From a virus, in IMG/VR virus record IMGVR_UViG_2974791188_000001, positions 5,603 to 69,602 of that record: a DNA stretch of 64,000 nt. The stretch is one strand, 5' to 3'. Position 1 is the first letter of the stretch. The number at the start of each line of letters is the position of its first letter. Shown here piece by piece: positions 1 through 9,744 of this stretch. The position numbers and the translations under genes were made by a program. The notes under the pieces are model-generated. The model was not told where the DNA came from, did no database searches, and saw only the letters and a list, made by a program, of their open reading frames with translations.

Positions 1-9
1 AAGACTCTT

Positions 10-42
10 TAGCCCCGTTAGCGTAACACGTTAGCGGGGATT
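10..42 (+). terminator. GC hairpin (CCCCG...CGGGG) followed by T-rich tract, upstream of terminase genes
   Basis: gCCCCGttagcgtaacacgttagCGGGGatttt read directly; same AGCCCCGTT...CGGG motif recurs at 28704 and 41998. Confidence 0.3.
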
Positions 43-58
43 TTCTATATCAGGGGGC

Positions 59-412
59 TTGGTGTCGAACATTAACTCGCTTAAGACTGCCGGTAAGGCG
101 CTCTGGGATGGCGTAAAGACCATCCGACGAGTTGATTCCGCATTCGAGCCGCTGCTCTTCAATGCTTGCCGCATTGCCGATCGTTTGGACGAACTTAACG
201 ACGCACTAGAAGCTGCGCCGCTAACCGTCACAAACGCTAAGGGTGACGAAGTCGCTAATCCACTAATGACTGAGCACCGACAGCAACTACTAGCTCTTCG
301 ACAAGTTCTGCACTCTCTCGGCATCCGCGAACTGGACCTTGAGGTTGCTCAGGAGAAGTCGCTTGCAGAAGTACTCGCGGAAGCCAAGGAGCAGATGAAG
401 TCGAAAGGGTAA
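59..412 (+). CDS. putative terminase small subunit
   Basis: 117-aa ORF immediately upstream of and co-oriented with terminase large subunit; helical, charged; positional inference only. Confidence 0.45.
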   Translation: MVSNINSLKTAGKALWDGVKTIRRVDSAFEPLLFNACRIADRLDELNDALEAAPLTVTNAKGDEVANPLMTEHRQQLLALRQVLHSLGIRELDLEVAQEKSLAEVLAEAKEQMKSKG

Positions 413-415
413 GCC

Positions 416-1891
416 TTGACTCGCATCGGTGCCCAACTTCCGCCAGCGGAGCACTACCACGTACCCCTCTTTCATTCCTCTCTAGGTGAAGATGCCATTG
501 CGCTCGCCCAACTCGCTGGGCTTGAGCTAGACGAATGGCAGCAACACGTCCTCGAATGCAGTTTGCGATTCAAGGAGGACGGACTCTTCGCCGCCCCCGA
601 CATGACGCTGATCGTGCCCCGCCAGAACGGTAAGGGTTCGGTCATTGAAGCGCGCGAACTGGCTGGACTGTTCCTGCTCAAGGAATCCACCATCGTTCAC
701 TCTGCGCACGAGTTTAAGACTGCGGTTGAAGGCCACATGCGGCTTACTGCGCTTGTCGAGAACTCGGACTATCTGAGGGCAGAGGGTAACCCCAAGTCGA
801 CCAACTCTGGCGCGGCCGGGACTATCGTCAAACTCCAATCTAAGAAGTACAAGCTGCCTGACGGCTCTTTCCCACGTGTGGTGTTCGCTGCACGGTCAAA
901 GGGATCTATCCGAGGCTTCACCGTTGACGCGCTGATCATGGACGAGGCTTACGAGCTTCCCGACGCGGCGCTTGACGCTATGACGCCGACAATGGCTGCG
1001 GCCGACAACCCGCAAATGTGGTTCATCTCTTCTACGGGCATGGACGACAGTGACGTGTTGCGACGTAAGCGCAATAACGGCATGGCGAAGCTCGACGATC
1101 TCGGATATTTCGAGTGGAAGGCTGACGACGACTGTGACCCGGCTGACCGGGACCAGTGGTACCAGTCCAACCCCGCTCTGGGTATCCGCCTCAAGGAAAA
1201 CAAGGTCGCTCAGGAGTTCCGGACGTTGTCCCCTGTGGGCTTCGCTCGTGAACGTTTGGGCCTCTGGGCGTCGAACGACATAGACGCTCTGATTCCCGCC
1301 ACGGTGTGGAAGACCCTTGAGTACCAGGATCACGAGCTTGAGTCTGACGAGCCGGGTGTTGGTGAGCCTATCGGCCAGGTGTCTGTGGCTGTCGATGTTG
1401 CCCCTGAGGGTGACTCTGCCGCTATCTATGTGGCCGGCCAGGATAAGCACGGCTTGTTCTGTGTGGAGCGTGCCGACTTCTTGGAGGGTATCAACTGGGT
1501 GCCTGATGCACTCAAGTCGATCCAGGAGAAGCACAAGCCTAAGTCGATTGCCATTGACGTTACTAGTCCCGCTGGTGCTTTGGTTCCCGCTTTGAACGAC
1601 CTGGAAGTCGAATACCAGGCGTTGACTTTGAACGACATTACTTCTGCATGCCAACAGTTCCTCACTCTTGTTATTGAATCCCGACTGCGTCACCGCCGTG
1701 TCGTTGATGACCCGGAGTTGACTAAAGCGGTCTCTATGGGCATTAAACGTCCGATCGGCCATAAGGGTTCATGGGCGTGGGCGCGGAAGGACATTGCCGC
1801 GAACATTTCCCCGCTCGTTGCCGCCACTTACGCCTTGTACGCATACCAGGCTTTGGAGGCTAAACCTAAGCGGGTTGGAAAGGTGTTTTAA
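416..1891 (+). CDS. terminase large subunit
   Basis: 491 aa, TTG start; N-terminal ATPase with Walker-B-like LIMDEAYELP, C-terminal nuclease-like region; position at head of structural operon. Confidence 0.88.
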   Translation: MTRIGAQLPPAEHYHVPLFHSSLGEDAIALAQLAGLELDEWQQHVLECSLRFKEDGLFAAPDMTLIVPRQNGKGSVIEARELAGLFLLKESTIVHSAHEFKTAVEGHMRLTALVENSDYLRAEGNPKSTNSGAAGTIVKLQSKKYKLPDGSFPRVVFAARSKGSIRGFTVDALIMDEAYELPDAALDAMTPTMAAADNPQMWFISSTGMDDSDVLRRKRNNGMAKLDDLGYFEWKADDDCDPADRDQWYQSNPALGIRLKENKVAQEFRTLSPVGFARERLGLWASNDIDALIPATVWKTLEYQDHELESDEPGVGEPIGQVSVAVDVAPEGDSAAIYVAGQDKHGLFCVERADFLEGINWVPDALKSIQEKHKPKSIAIDVTSPAGALVPALNDLEVEYQALTLNDITSACQQFLTLVIESRLRHRRVVDDPELTKAVSMGIKRPIGHKGSWAWARKDIAANISPLVAATYALYAYQALEAKPKRVGKVF

Positions 1892-3387
1892 TGAGCCAAA
1901 TCCTGTTTCAGGACTACCGTCAGCCCGACCAGTTCTTGTATCTGAACGAAGAGCCTGGGGTTCTAGTCCAAGCTAAGGCGATTTTGGATCGCGCTAAGAA
2001 GATGTGGGCTGATGCTGAGACCGAGACTGCGCGCCTCGACAGTATCGACAAGTGGTACAAGGGCACGCAGGACCCGTATTCGATTCGGGGTGCGGCTTCG
2101 GAGGTTAAGGAACTTAATGAGCTTGCTCGGACGCCGTGGCTGGGGCTGGTTGTTACGACCATTGCGCAGGCCATGTTCGTGGATGGTTACCGTTCCCCGG
2201 TTACCGGTTCTGATGTTCCCGGTCCTTGGAACATCTGGAATGCCAACGGTATGGCTAAGCGACAGATCCCTGTTCATCGCGCGGCCTTGGGATACGGGTA
2301 TTCGTACATTCTCGTAGAGCCTGGGGTTTCGCCGATCACGGGGCAGCCTATGGCCCGCATGCTCGGCATGTCTCCTAAGCGCTTGTTTGCGGTGTACAAC
2401 GATCCTGCTGTTGATGACTGGCCGGTCTACGCGTTGCGCATTGATCGGAGTATCGACGGTAAGACGAATCTGTACCTGTACGACAAGCTGTACAAGCACA
2501 CTATCCGGCGTGTTGACCGGGAGTGGGCGGTGTTGGCTACGGAACGTCACGGTGCGGCTGTCTGCCCGGTTGTGCGGTACACGAACAACTTGGATCTGGA
2601 CGGCCACACGCCTGGTGAGGTTGAACCGTTCATCGTTACTGCTTCGCGTGTCGATAAGTCGACGTTCGATCGTCTGTTGACTCAGCACTACAACTCGTGG
2701 AAGAAGTTCTGGATCGCTGGTCTCGCCGATATTACGTCGGACGAGGAGGCCCGTAAGAAGAAGATCCAGATTCGCCAGGATGGCGTCCTTATCGCTCCTG
2801 ATGTGGATACCAAGTTCGGCACTGTGGATGAGACGAACCTTGACGGGTTTGTTAACGCTATCGGCGCGGACATTGAGCATCTGTCGGCTATCGCACAGCT
2901 CCCTAGTCACCTGTTGACGGGCAAGCTGGTGAACCTGACTTCTGATGCGCTGTCGGCTGCTCGTGCACCGCTTACTCAGAAGGTGTTCGAGCGGCAGGTG
3001 TCGTTCGGCCAGTCCCATGCTCAGGCGTTGCGTCTGGCGTCGGCTATCCAGGGTGACACCACTGGGGCTTCGGATGTGTTGGCGCGTGTGACGTGGCAAG
3101 ACATGGAGATTCGTTCGCTGGCTCAGGCTGCTGACGCTCTCGGCAAGATGGCTGTCCAGTTGGGTATTCCGCGTGTGGCTTTGTGGCGCATGATTCCGGG
3201 TGTCACTCAGGACGATATTGATGAGTGGTCGGAGCATCTGCTGGACGACGATCCGGTGTCGGTGTATCTGCGTGGCTTGAACGCTACGGGCCAGTCTGAT
3301 GGGCCGGGAGATCCGGCTAAGGACAGTCCGGAGGCTGATAAGGGCACTGCCGATCCGGAGAAGGATTCCGCGTCGGGTGGTAGCTGA
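1891..3387 (+). CDS. portal protein
   Basis: 498 aa, ATGA overlap with terminase stop; size and position between terminase and MuF-like gene. Confidence 0.8.
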   Translation: MSQILFQDYRQPDQFLYLNEEPGVLVQAKAILDRAKKMWADAETETARLDSIDKWYKGTQDPYSIRGAASEVKELNELARTPWLGLVVTTIAQAMFVDGYRSPVTGSDVPGPWNIWNANGMAKRQIPVHRAALGYGYSYILVEPGVSPITGQPMARMLGMSPKRLFAVYNDPAVDDWPVYALRIDRSIDGKTNLYLYDKLYKHTIRRVDREWAVLATERHGAAVCPVVRYTNNLDLDGHTPGEVEPFIVTASRVDKSTFDRLLTQHYNSWKKFWIAGLADITSDEEARKKKIQIRQDGVLIAPDVDTKFGTVDETNLDGFVNAIGADIEHLSAIAQLPSHLLTGKLVNLTSDALSAARAPLTQKVFERQVSFGQSHAQALRLASAIQGDTTGASDVLARVTWQDMEIRSLAQAADALGKMAVQLGIPRVALWRMIPGVTQDDIDEWSEHLLDDDPVSVYLRGLNATGQSDGPGDPAKDSPEADKGTADPEKDSASGGS

Positions 3388-4394
3388 TGGCCGAATCCGA
3401 GGATCAGTCGCTATGGGAGTTGCTGGCTGCTTGGCTTATCGGTAAGCACACAGCTAAGCAGGAGGAGATCGCGGACACGGTCCGGAATGGTGTGATCCGC
3501 CAGTTCCGGTCCTTGGACTTCAACAACCTGGACCGCACTCAGGTTCCGTGGATTGAAGCCACTATGCCGTCCGTCCGTTGGGGCTATGAACGTTCCCAGC
3601 AGGCCACTTCTTCGTTCATTACTGACTATCGCAAGATGAGGCTACAGGAAGCCGACGACGAGGATGACGGGATTGATCCGGTCATCACTGCGCGGCAGGC
3701 CGACAGGATTGGTGCTGTCGACCGGTCTGTGGCCGCCCCGTTCAATGAGCAGAAGGCTGCTGTTCAACTGCTCACGACGGGACCGGCTCGGGTTAAGAAG
3801 GCTATGCCGACGCCTGAGTCGGACGCTATGGCTAAGGGCCTTAAGGGGGCTATTGGGGCTGCTATCCAGGTTGCGATGGATGGTGGCCGTGGTGTTGCTG
3901 AGGGTGAGACGCGCCGCGATCAGAAGGTGATTGCTTGGCAGCGGATCACGGACTCTAACCCTTGCTATTTCTGTGCTCTCTTGGCGGCTAATGGGCCGGT
4001 TGAGACGCGCACTATCTACCGCAACAACAAGGCTTGGAATGTGAATCGCCGAACTAAGAAGGCGTTCGTTCCTAATGCTGCGTTTGAGGCTACTGGCGAA
4101 CCTGACAATATCGCTAAGGCCCACGACCATTGCCGCTGCACTCTTGTGCCGGTGTATGGGAATTTCCATGTGTCTGAGGTAGCCAAGGAGGCTGCTGAGC
4201 TGTGGAAAGAGGCTTCTACGGGGGTTTCCCCTAAGGAGGCTTTGAACAACTATCGGCGCGCTTATGACGCGTTGCGTAGGTCTAGTCCGCTGGTGGATGA
4301 GCCGGTGGATACGGACGTTGTTCGCACCGCCCTTTTGGAGAGCGGTAATGCGGATCTTCGGGCTTGGGGTAATCGCCTTAAGCCTGCTTCTTGA
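3387..4394 (+). CDS. MuF-like minor capsid / head morphogenesis protein
   Basis: 335 aa; C-terminal HDHCRCTLVP matches the conserved H-x-N/H-CRC motif of the Phage_Mu_F (SPP1 gp7) family; ATGA overlap with portal. Confidence 0.72.
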   Translation: MAESEDQSLWELLAAWLIGKHTAKQEEIADTVRNGVIRQFRSLDFNNLDRTQVPWIEATMPSVRWGYERSQQATSSFITDYRKMRLQEADDEDDGIDPVITARQADRIGAVDRSVAAPFNEQKAAVQLLTTGPARVKKAMPTPESDAMAKGLKGAIGAAIQVAMDGGRGVAEGETRRDQKVIAWQRITDSNPCYFCALLAANGPVETRTIYRNNKAWNVNRRTKKAFVPNAAFEATGEPDNIAKAHDHCRCTLVPVYGNFHVSEVAKEAAELWKEASTGVSPKEALNNYRRAYDALRRSSPLVDEPVDTDVVRTALLESGNADLRAWGNRLKPAS

Positions 4395-4457
4395 CCCTTT
4401 GTGGTCTATTCCGGCGCTCAGGTTGGGCGTCGCATGCTGACGAGCTACGGAGCTTTG

Positions 4458-5087
4458 ATGACTAATCCTGTTACGCCTGCTGTGCCTGCTGAGATCACCC
4501 CCGATGGGTCTGCTGCGCCTGCTGCACCGACTACGACTGTTACGCCTGCTGATCTTGCTGCTCAGGTGAACGCTGGCGGTGCCCAGACTGTTGAGACCCC
4601 GGCTGTTCCCGAGTTTAAGGCGATTACCTCTCAAGAGGAATTTGATCGTCGGATTGGGCAGCGTATCGGCCAGATTGAGGCTAAGTACCCGAACTATGAC
4701 GACTTGAAGGCTAAGGCCGAGAAGTATGACCAGTCGGAGCGGGCCAAGTTGGATGAGGTTCAGCAGAAGGATCTCACCATTGAAGAGCTGAATCAGCGGA
4801 TTGCTGATTTCGAGGCTCGTGAACAGGAACGGCAGTTTAACGATCTCCGTACCGGTATTGCCCGCGCTAAGGGGCTTCCGGATGCGCTTGCTAGCCGTTT
4901 GACCGGTACCACGAAGGAAGAGCTTGAGGCTGATGCCGAATCGCTCTTGTCGTTGGTTCCTCAGGCACCCGTTGCGGTCGCCACCCAGACCCCAGAGCCG
5001 GTTGGCGGTGGGGCACCCCCGGTTCCGGGGACTAACGAAGCTAAGAACGAGAGCTTGATCGACGACCTGATGCGTAACGGGTTCTGA
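4458..5087 (+). CDS. scaffolding protein
   Basis: ORF open from 4401 but ATG at 4458 has GGAG 5 nt upstream; Ala/Pro-rich N-terminus then coiled-coil-like charged region (EEFDRRIGQRIGQIEAKY..., QRIADFEAREQERQ); position before capsid gene. Confidence 0.6.
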   Translation: MTNPVTPAVPAEITPDGSAAPAAPTTTVTPADLAAQVNAGGAQTVETPAVPEFKAITSQEEFDRRIGQRIGQIEAKYPNYDDLKAKAEKYDQSERAKLDEVQQKDLTIEELNQRIADFEAREQERQFNDLRTGIARAKGLPDALASRLTGTTKEELEADAESLLSLVPQAPVAVATQTPEPVGGGAPPVPGTNEAKNESLIDDLMRNGF

Positions 5088-5122
5088 GTTCTTAATTCTC
5101 TTTTCTACAGAATGGATTTCCC

Positions 5123-6079
5123 ATGACTTTTAACGCCGTTAAGGTTGAAAAGCTGGCTAGCTACGGCTTGGAGCTGTTGCAGCGTCAGATTGTTCTTCCT
5201 AGCCGTATCACCATTAAGAGCGGTGCCGAGTTCCAGGGCGCTCTTGGCGATGCCATCACTATCAAGATCGGTGCTCGCACCAAGGCCCGTCGGGCTAAGA
5301 TCCGCCCCGCTACTGAGGCGGAACGTCAGATCCAGTTCTCGGATCTGACCGAGCAGAAGACCCACGTCACTCTGACTGACCGCATCTACTCGGCTGTTGG
5401 CCTTGAGGATGAAAAGGCCAAGTTGGACGTCGAGGACATTTTCTCGCAGGTCGTTGCTCCGCAGGTTCGGGCTATCGCGGTTGACTACGAGAACCTGTTG
5501 GCTGAGGAAATTGCGGGTGCCCCGTACAAGCACGTTGTGCCTGTCGACCCGGACGAGCCTTACCAGGCTTTCGTTGAGGCTAACCGCCTCTTGGGTCTGT
5601 CGTTCGTTCCGGACGAGAATCGGACCCTGTTGGTTGGTGCCAACTTTGAGGCTGCGCTGCGCAAGTCGCCGCAGTTCATCGCTGCTACCAGCGCTGGTGA
5701 CAACATCGCCGCGAGCCTGTTGGCGCGTGCGACCCTCGGCACCATCAACGGCTACACCGTGGTTAAGAGCTACGCGTTGCCGGCCGATGAGGCTTACATC
5801 ATCCACAAGAGTGCGTTCAGCTCTGCGTGGTTGGCTCCTGTCGTCCCTGACGGCGCTAGCTGGGGTAAGTCGCTGGGTCTGGGTGGCGAAACCGGCATCT
5901 CGCTGACCTGGTTGAAGGATTACGACTTCATGGTTGGCCGCGACCGTTCACTCCTGCACTTCTACACCGGCGTCAACACCACGATTGACGAGCCGGACGT
6001 GAATGCGGACAACGAGATCGTCGCTGCGGGTGGTTTCCTCCGTGGCGTCAAGCTGGTTATGCCTGCTTACAGCTCCTGA
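5123..6079 (+). CDS. major capsid protein (HK97 fold)
   Basis: 318 aa after scaffold gene; composition and length typical of actinophage HK97-like capsid subunits. Confidence 0.85.
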   Translation: MTFNAVKVEKLASYGLELLQRQIVLPSRITIKSGAEFQGALGDAITIKIGARTKARRAKIRPATEAERQIQFSDLTEQKTHVTLTDRIYSAVGLEDEKAKLDVEDIFSQVVAPQVRAIAVDYENLLAEEIAGAPYKHVVPVDPDEPYQAFVEANRLLGLSFVPDENRTLLVGANFEAALRKSPQFIAATSAGDNIAASLLARATLGTINGYTVVKSYALPADEAYIIHKSAFSSAWLAPVVPDGASWGKSLGLGGETGISLTWLKDYDFMVGRDRSLLHFYTGVNTTIDEPDVNADNEIVAAGGFLRGVKLVMPAYSS

Positions 6080-6104
6080 TCCTAAGCGACCTTAGGGGGT
6101 CTTG

Positions 6105-6572
6105 ATGGGGGCTTTGGCTTCTGTTGATCGACTCTCGGCTCGTTTGGGTGTCACTCTGACTCCGGGTAATCCCGACTATGTGCGGGCGGAAGAGGCACTA
6201 TGGTCCTCTTCCGTCCGCGCTAGGGGTATTGCGGAGCGCGAGTGGGATGATCCGGCGACGGTTCCTGATGAAGTGCTTGACGTTGTGTTGTCGGCGGCTT
6301 TCAGGATCTTCAAAAACCCGGATCGGTTCCTCACTAACCAGGCCGGGACTTTCCAGGCAACTTTGGCGCAGTCGGATTTCGCTACTGGCGATATTTTCCT
6401 GCCTGCTGAGGCTGCGATCCTTGAGAAGCATCGCCCGTCGGCCGCTTTGCGGGTGTTGGGTGTGTATCGGGATGACCCTCGGGACCGTTATTGGGACGCT
6501 AAGCAGTTTGTTGCCGATGGCGGCGCGGGTGAACCGATGCTTGTGTACCGGCCTGATGAGGTTGGACTCTGA
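6105..6572 (+). CDS. head-to-tail adaptor
   Basis: 156 aa; ATG at 6105 preceded by AGGGGG; first of four small connector-sized genes after capsid. Confidence 0.5.
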   Translation: MGALASVDRLSARLGVTLTPGNPDYVRAEEALWSSSVRARGIAEREWDDPATVPDEVLDVVLSAAFRIFKNPDRFLTNQAGTFQATLAQSDFATGDIFLPAEAAILEKHRPSAALRVLGVYRDDPRDRYWDAKQFVADGGAGEPMLVYRPDEVGL

Positions 6573-6907
6573 TGCTTCTATTCAATTTGGCTGACGCTGA
6601 AACCATCACGGTTTTGCGTAAGGGTGTCCGTGATTGGACGGGCGACCCTGTTAGCGGTGACGACTTCGATGAGTCGCACAAGATTTCTGGTGTGCTGGTG
6701 GATTACCAGACCACTAACTCCAATAAGTGGCTTACGGACGATTACACGGTGCGTGGTGTGCTGCATATGCCTATGGGGTCGGACGTGTTGCCGACCGATC
6801 AGGTGGAGCTTGCGGACGGTACGCGGGTGGTTGTTGACGGTAAGCCTTTCAAGTCCGCTCTCGGCTTTGCGCGTGGCGTGTCTGTGAGGTTTAGGGGGGT
6901 CAAGTAG
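6572..6907 (+). CDS. head-to-tail connector protein
   Basis: 111 aa; ATGA overlap with upstream gene. Confidence 0.5.
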   Translation: MLLFNLADAETITVLRKGVRDWTGDPVSGDDFDESHKISGVLVDYQTTNSNKWLTDDYTVRGVLHMPMGSDVLPTDQVELADGTRVVVDGKPFKSALGFARGVSVRFRGVK

Positions 6908-7263
6908 TGGAAGTTAACATCCCATCCCCTAACCCCGGTCTTCGGAAGTTCCTTCTTTCGGCGACTTTGAATAAGGCGCTTGTGCCGGTCGCTATTGAGG
7001 CTGCGGCGCTGTACATGGCGTTGGCCCCTAAGCGGTCGGGACGGCTGGCGGCTTCGGCTACGCCGCGTGTGTCTTTGCATCAGTACGGGAAGAGAGATCC
7101 CCGCTGGATTGCTGAGGTTCAGGTTCAGGCCCCGTACTCGGTGTGGAACGAGATGGGCGCTGGCCCCGGTAAGCACCCTAAGTCGACTGGAAACACTCCT
7201 AGGTATGGCCCCTTTGAGGGGTCTTTCACATTTAAGAAGGTTCTTGAGGGGATGAAGGGTTGA
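6907..7263 (+). CDS. head-to-tail stopper / connector protein
   Basis: 118 aa; GTG start overlapping upstream TAG; synteny. Confidence 0.45.
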   Translation: MEVNIPSPNPGLRKFLLSATLNKALVPVAIEAAALYMALAPKRSGRLAASATPRVSLHQYGKRDPRWIAEVQVQAPYSVWNEMGAGPGKHPKSTGNTPRYGPFEGSFTFKKVLEGMKG

Positions 7264-7748
7264 CAGTCACTTTCCCGGACTGGTTCAAGGGTGGTTTTCC
7301 GGACGCTGAGGCGGCGGTTAAGGCGATTCTTGATCCGTTCCTTGAGGCTATGTCTCCGACGCCGAAGGTGTGTGCGTGGCTTCCGGATGACTATGGGGAT
7401 CACTTGCCGATCGTTGCTATTCAGCGTGTCGGCGGGAAGATCTCTGATGATGGTCTTACCGATAACCCCCTTGTGTGGGTGTGGGTTATCACTGATCGCC
7501 GTCACGATTCGTGGCGGACTATTGAGTATTTACGTCAAGCGGTTTTGACGTATGCGAAGGGTGGCCGCGTCCAGAACTCTGCGGGCGAGGTCTTCCTTAT
7601 TGAATCTGTCAGCGAGGTCCAAGGGCCTGAGTTGACACAACGAGACGTGCCAGACGAACGCGCTATCCCTGTGGCGTTCGCATTCGAGACGAAGAAGTTT
7701 GCTTCGACTCCTGATTACGCACGCATTCGCGGGGAACTTTTCGACTGA
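7260..7748 (+). CDS. tail terminator-like protein
   Basis: 162 aa; TTGA overlap; position immediately before major tail gene. Confidence 0.45.
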   Translation: MTVTFPDWFKGGFPDAEAAVKAILDPFLEAMSPTPKVCAWLPDDYGDHLPIVAIQRVGGKISDDGLTDNPLVWVWVITDRRHDSWRTIEYLRQAVLTYAKGGRVQNSAGEVFLIESVSEVQGPELTQRDVPDERAIPVAFAFETKKFASTPDYARIRGELFD

Positions 7749-7759
7749 GAGGGCCAATT

Positions 7760-8419
7760 ATGGCTAATGGTATTAAGTCTCTTAAGGACAAGAACGACGG
7801 CTTGGTCGTTATGGCGCGCGACGCTGCGGTCATTGCGACTCCTTACGGCGTGGGCAGTATCCCCACTAAGTTGACGGGGCCGGGTGGAAACCTGATTTCG
7901 TTGCCGTCTAACTGGGATTCGTTCGGCGAGCTGGACCAGCAGGCGGGTATCAGCATCACTCCTGATGTTCAGACTGCGAACGTTGATGGCTATGGCTCGA
8001 CCGGCCCGCGACGGACTGTTAAGACCGGCGAGTCGGTGACTCTGGCGTTCGCGGCTCAGGAGTCGCGGAATCTGGTTCTGTCGGCGTTCTGGGATCTCGA
8101 CCTGGACAACACTGTTGCTGATAGCAACGGCGAGTGGCAGGCCAAGAAGAGCTACACGTCGGACATGAAGCTGTGGAGCCTCATCCTGTTGGGTGCGGAC
8201 CAGAACGAGTTTGGCGACGTCTACCCGTACTGGATCTTCCCGAAGGTCATGGTTACTCAGACTGATGCGGTGACCTTGGGTACCGATTCGGCTCTGGTGT
8301 ACCCGTTCACCTTCCAGGCGTTCGAGGACGAGAGCTTTGGTGGCTTCATGGCTATTGGTTCGGCTGGTCCGGGCCAGGCTGGCGTGAACGCTGCTGCTGG
8401 TTTCGGTAACGGTTCCTGA
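7760..8419 (+). CDS. major tail protein
   Basis: 219 aa; upstream of chaperone pair and tape measure; Gly/Ser/Thr-rich beta-type composition. Confidence 0.7.
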   Translation: MANGIKSLKDKNDGLVVMARDAAVIATPYGVGSIPTKLTGPGGNLISLPSNWDSFGELDQQAGISITPDVQTANVDGYGSTGPRRTVKTGESVTLAFAAQESRNLVLSAFWDLDLDNTVADSNGEWQAKKSYTSDMKLWSLILLGADQNEFGDVYPYWIFPKVMVTQTDAVTLGTDSALVYPFTFQAFEDESFGGFMAIGSAGPGQAGVNAAAGFGNGS

Positions 8420-8528
8420 TCTAAGCATTTCCTAAGACTGCGGTCACTCGGAAGGGATTTCTCACGACTCTCTTCCGGGTGGCCGCCGTTTTGCTTTCTC
8501 TACACACTTTTTCGGAGGTTTCCTAACC

Positions 8529-8834
8529 ATGTCCACCCCCACTAACGAGGCTGGCCTTAAGGGCTTGTTCCACGAGCTTAAGCAAGAGATCGGTGTTCCT
8601 GCCGATATTCAGTTCACTGAGGACATTCTGCTTAAGTTCCCTACGCGGGAGCAGATGCGCGAGTATGCGTTGGCTTCGTCTGCGCAGGACAAGAACCGAG
8701 CGCTCTTCGGTGAGCACTACGACACCATCCAGGCGATGTTCGACAAAGAACCTCCCCAGTTGTATTTGGCGTTTGTGAACCGGATTGAGGAACTGTGGTT
8801 CGGTAAGGGTGCGAATAAGGTACCGGGAAAATAG
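8529..8834 (+). CDS. tail assembly chaperone (G-like, short form)
   Basis: 101 aa; ends ...VPGK* with slippery heptamer G GGA AAA directly before stop. Confidence 0.7.
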   Translation: MSTPTNEAGLKGLFHELKQEIGVPADIQFTEDILLKFPTREQMREYALASSAQDKNRALFGEHYDTIQAMFDKEPPQLYLAFVNRIEELWFGKGANKVPGK

Positions 8835-9301
8835 CGGGCCTGCTTGACATGATTGACCGCTACTGGGATGAGCTGGAATGGGATTTCCAGGAGATCCTTG
8901 GGTTGCGGGCAATGGACTGGATAGCAGGCAAGAAGGACTGGCGAGAGTTCTATCGCTTTAAGGCACGTTTCGGGATGGGTTCAGCGTATTTCAATGCTGT
9001 GGCTAACGATCCTGAGGTTGCCGCTCAGTTGGCCGAGGAGATGGCTAAGAGTCCTCAGCGTGGCCGTAAGGCTCCGTCTGCTGAGGGTTGGACTCCTTTG
9101 CGGGATGACATGGCTGATCTTAAGGACCAACTGACTGCCCTTAGGGGCGCTTTGACTGGGGCTAAGGCTCACGAGTTGTCGTTCGTGACGCGTCCCGAGT
9201 TTGAGTATGACCGTATTCGACGGCGTAAGGCCGTTAAGAAGCTTCGTGTTGCGCAGTCGATTCTGTTGCCGCACAAGAACATCGAACTTTTGAATGATTG
9301 A
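8529..9301 (+). CDS. tail assembly chaperone, -1 frameshift fusion product (G-T-like)
   Basis: frame-2 ORF 8849..9301 is open upstream to 8819; this is the conserved G/GT arrangement upstream of tape measure genes. Confidence 0.6.
8825..8831 (+). promoter_or_regulatory. -1 programmed ribosomal frameshift slippery heptamer G_GGA_AAA
   Basis: zero-frame codons ccG GGA AAA tag; -1 frame (GGG AAA ATA GCG ...) is open from 8819 and continues to 9301. Confidence 0.65.
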
Positions 9302-9314
9302 AGGGTTACCTGTA

Positions 9315-9704
9315 ATGACTACCGAATTTGTCGCTGACGTTGTCGCTAAGCCTGCAACTCTGATTGAAGAGCTGCGCGCTGAGAAGCCGGATCTGTTCCG
9401 CAAGGCCATCCAGTTCACTGATGAGATCGCTATTCCGATTCCTACCCAGGAGCAGGCTAAGGCGATTCAGGAGACTGAGGACCCGGAGGACATGGTTCGG
9501 ATCATGTTCGGCGACCAGTTTGACGCGGTCGAGGCTTATTGCGCGTCGCTCCCGGTTGGTGCCGGTGTTGTAGCGCTCGCAAAGCTGGTTGAGGCGATTC
9601 GGGCTTCGCTCCCGGATCTGGATTTGGTGTTCGCCGAGTACGGCATTGACAAGGGTGAGATTGAGGCGCAGTTCGCGGCCAAGCTCAAGACTAAGGCTGA
9701 ATGA
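9315..9704 (+). CDS. hypothetical protein (between chaperones and tape measure)
   Basis: 130 aa acidic ORF; ATG at 9315 after AAGGG; not part of the usual G/GT pair. Confidence 0.5.
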   Translation: MTTEFVADVVAKPATLIEELRAEKPDLFRKAIQFTDEIAIPIPTQEQAKAIQETEDPEDMVRIMFGDQFDAVEAYCASLPVGAGVVALAKLVEAIRASLPDLDLVFAEYGIDKGEIEAQFAAKLKTKAE

Positions 9705-9744
9705 CGTTCCCCCTTTTGGTGGGGTTGCGAGGGGGTAGTCGGTA

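Noticed and set aside
1963-3237. 424-aa minus-strand ORF opposite the portal gene
   Set aside because: Antisense artefact of high GC; Arg/Ser/Leu-rich with no motifs; portal gene on plus strand is translationally coupled to neighbours.
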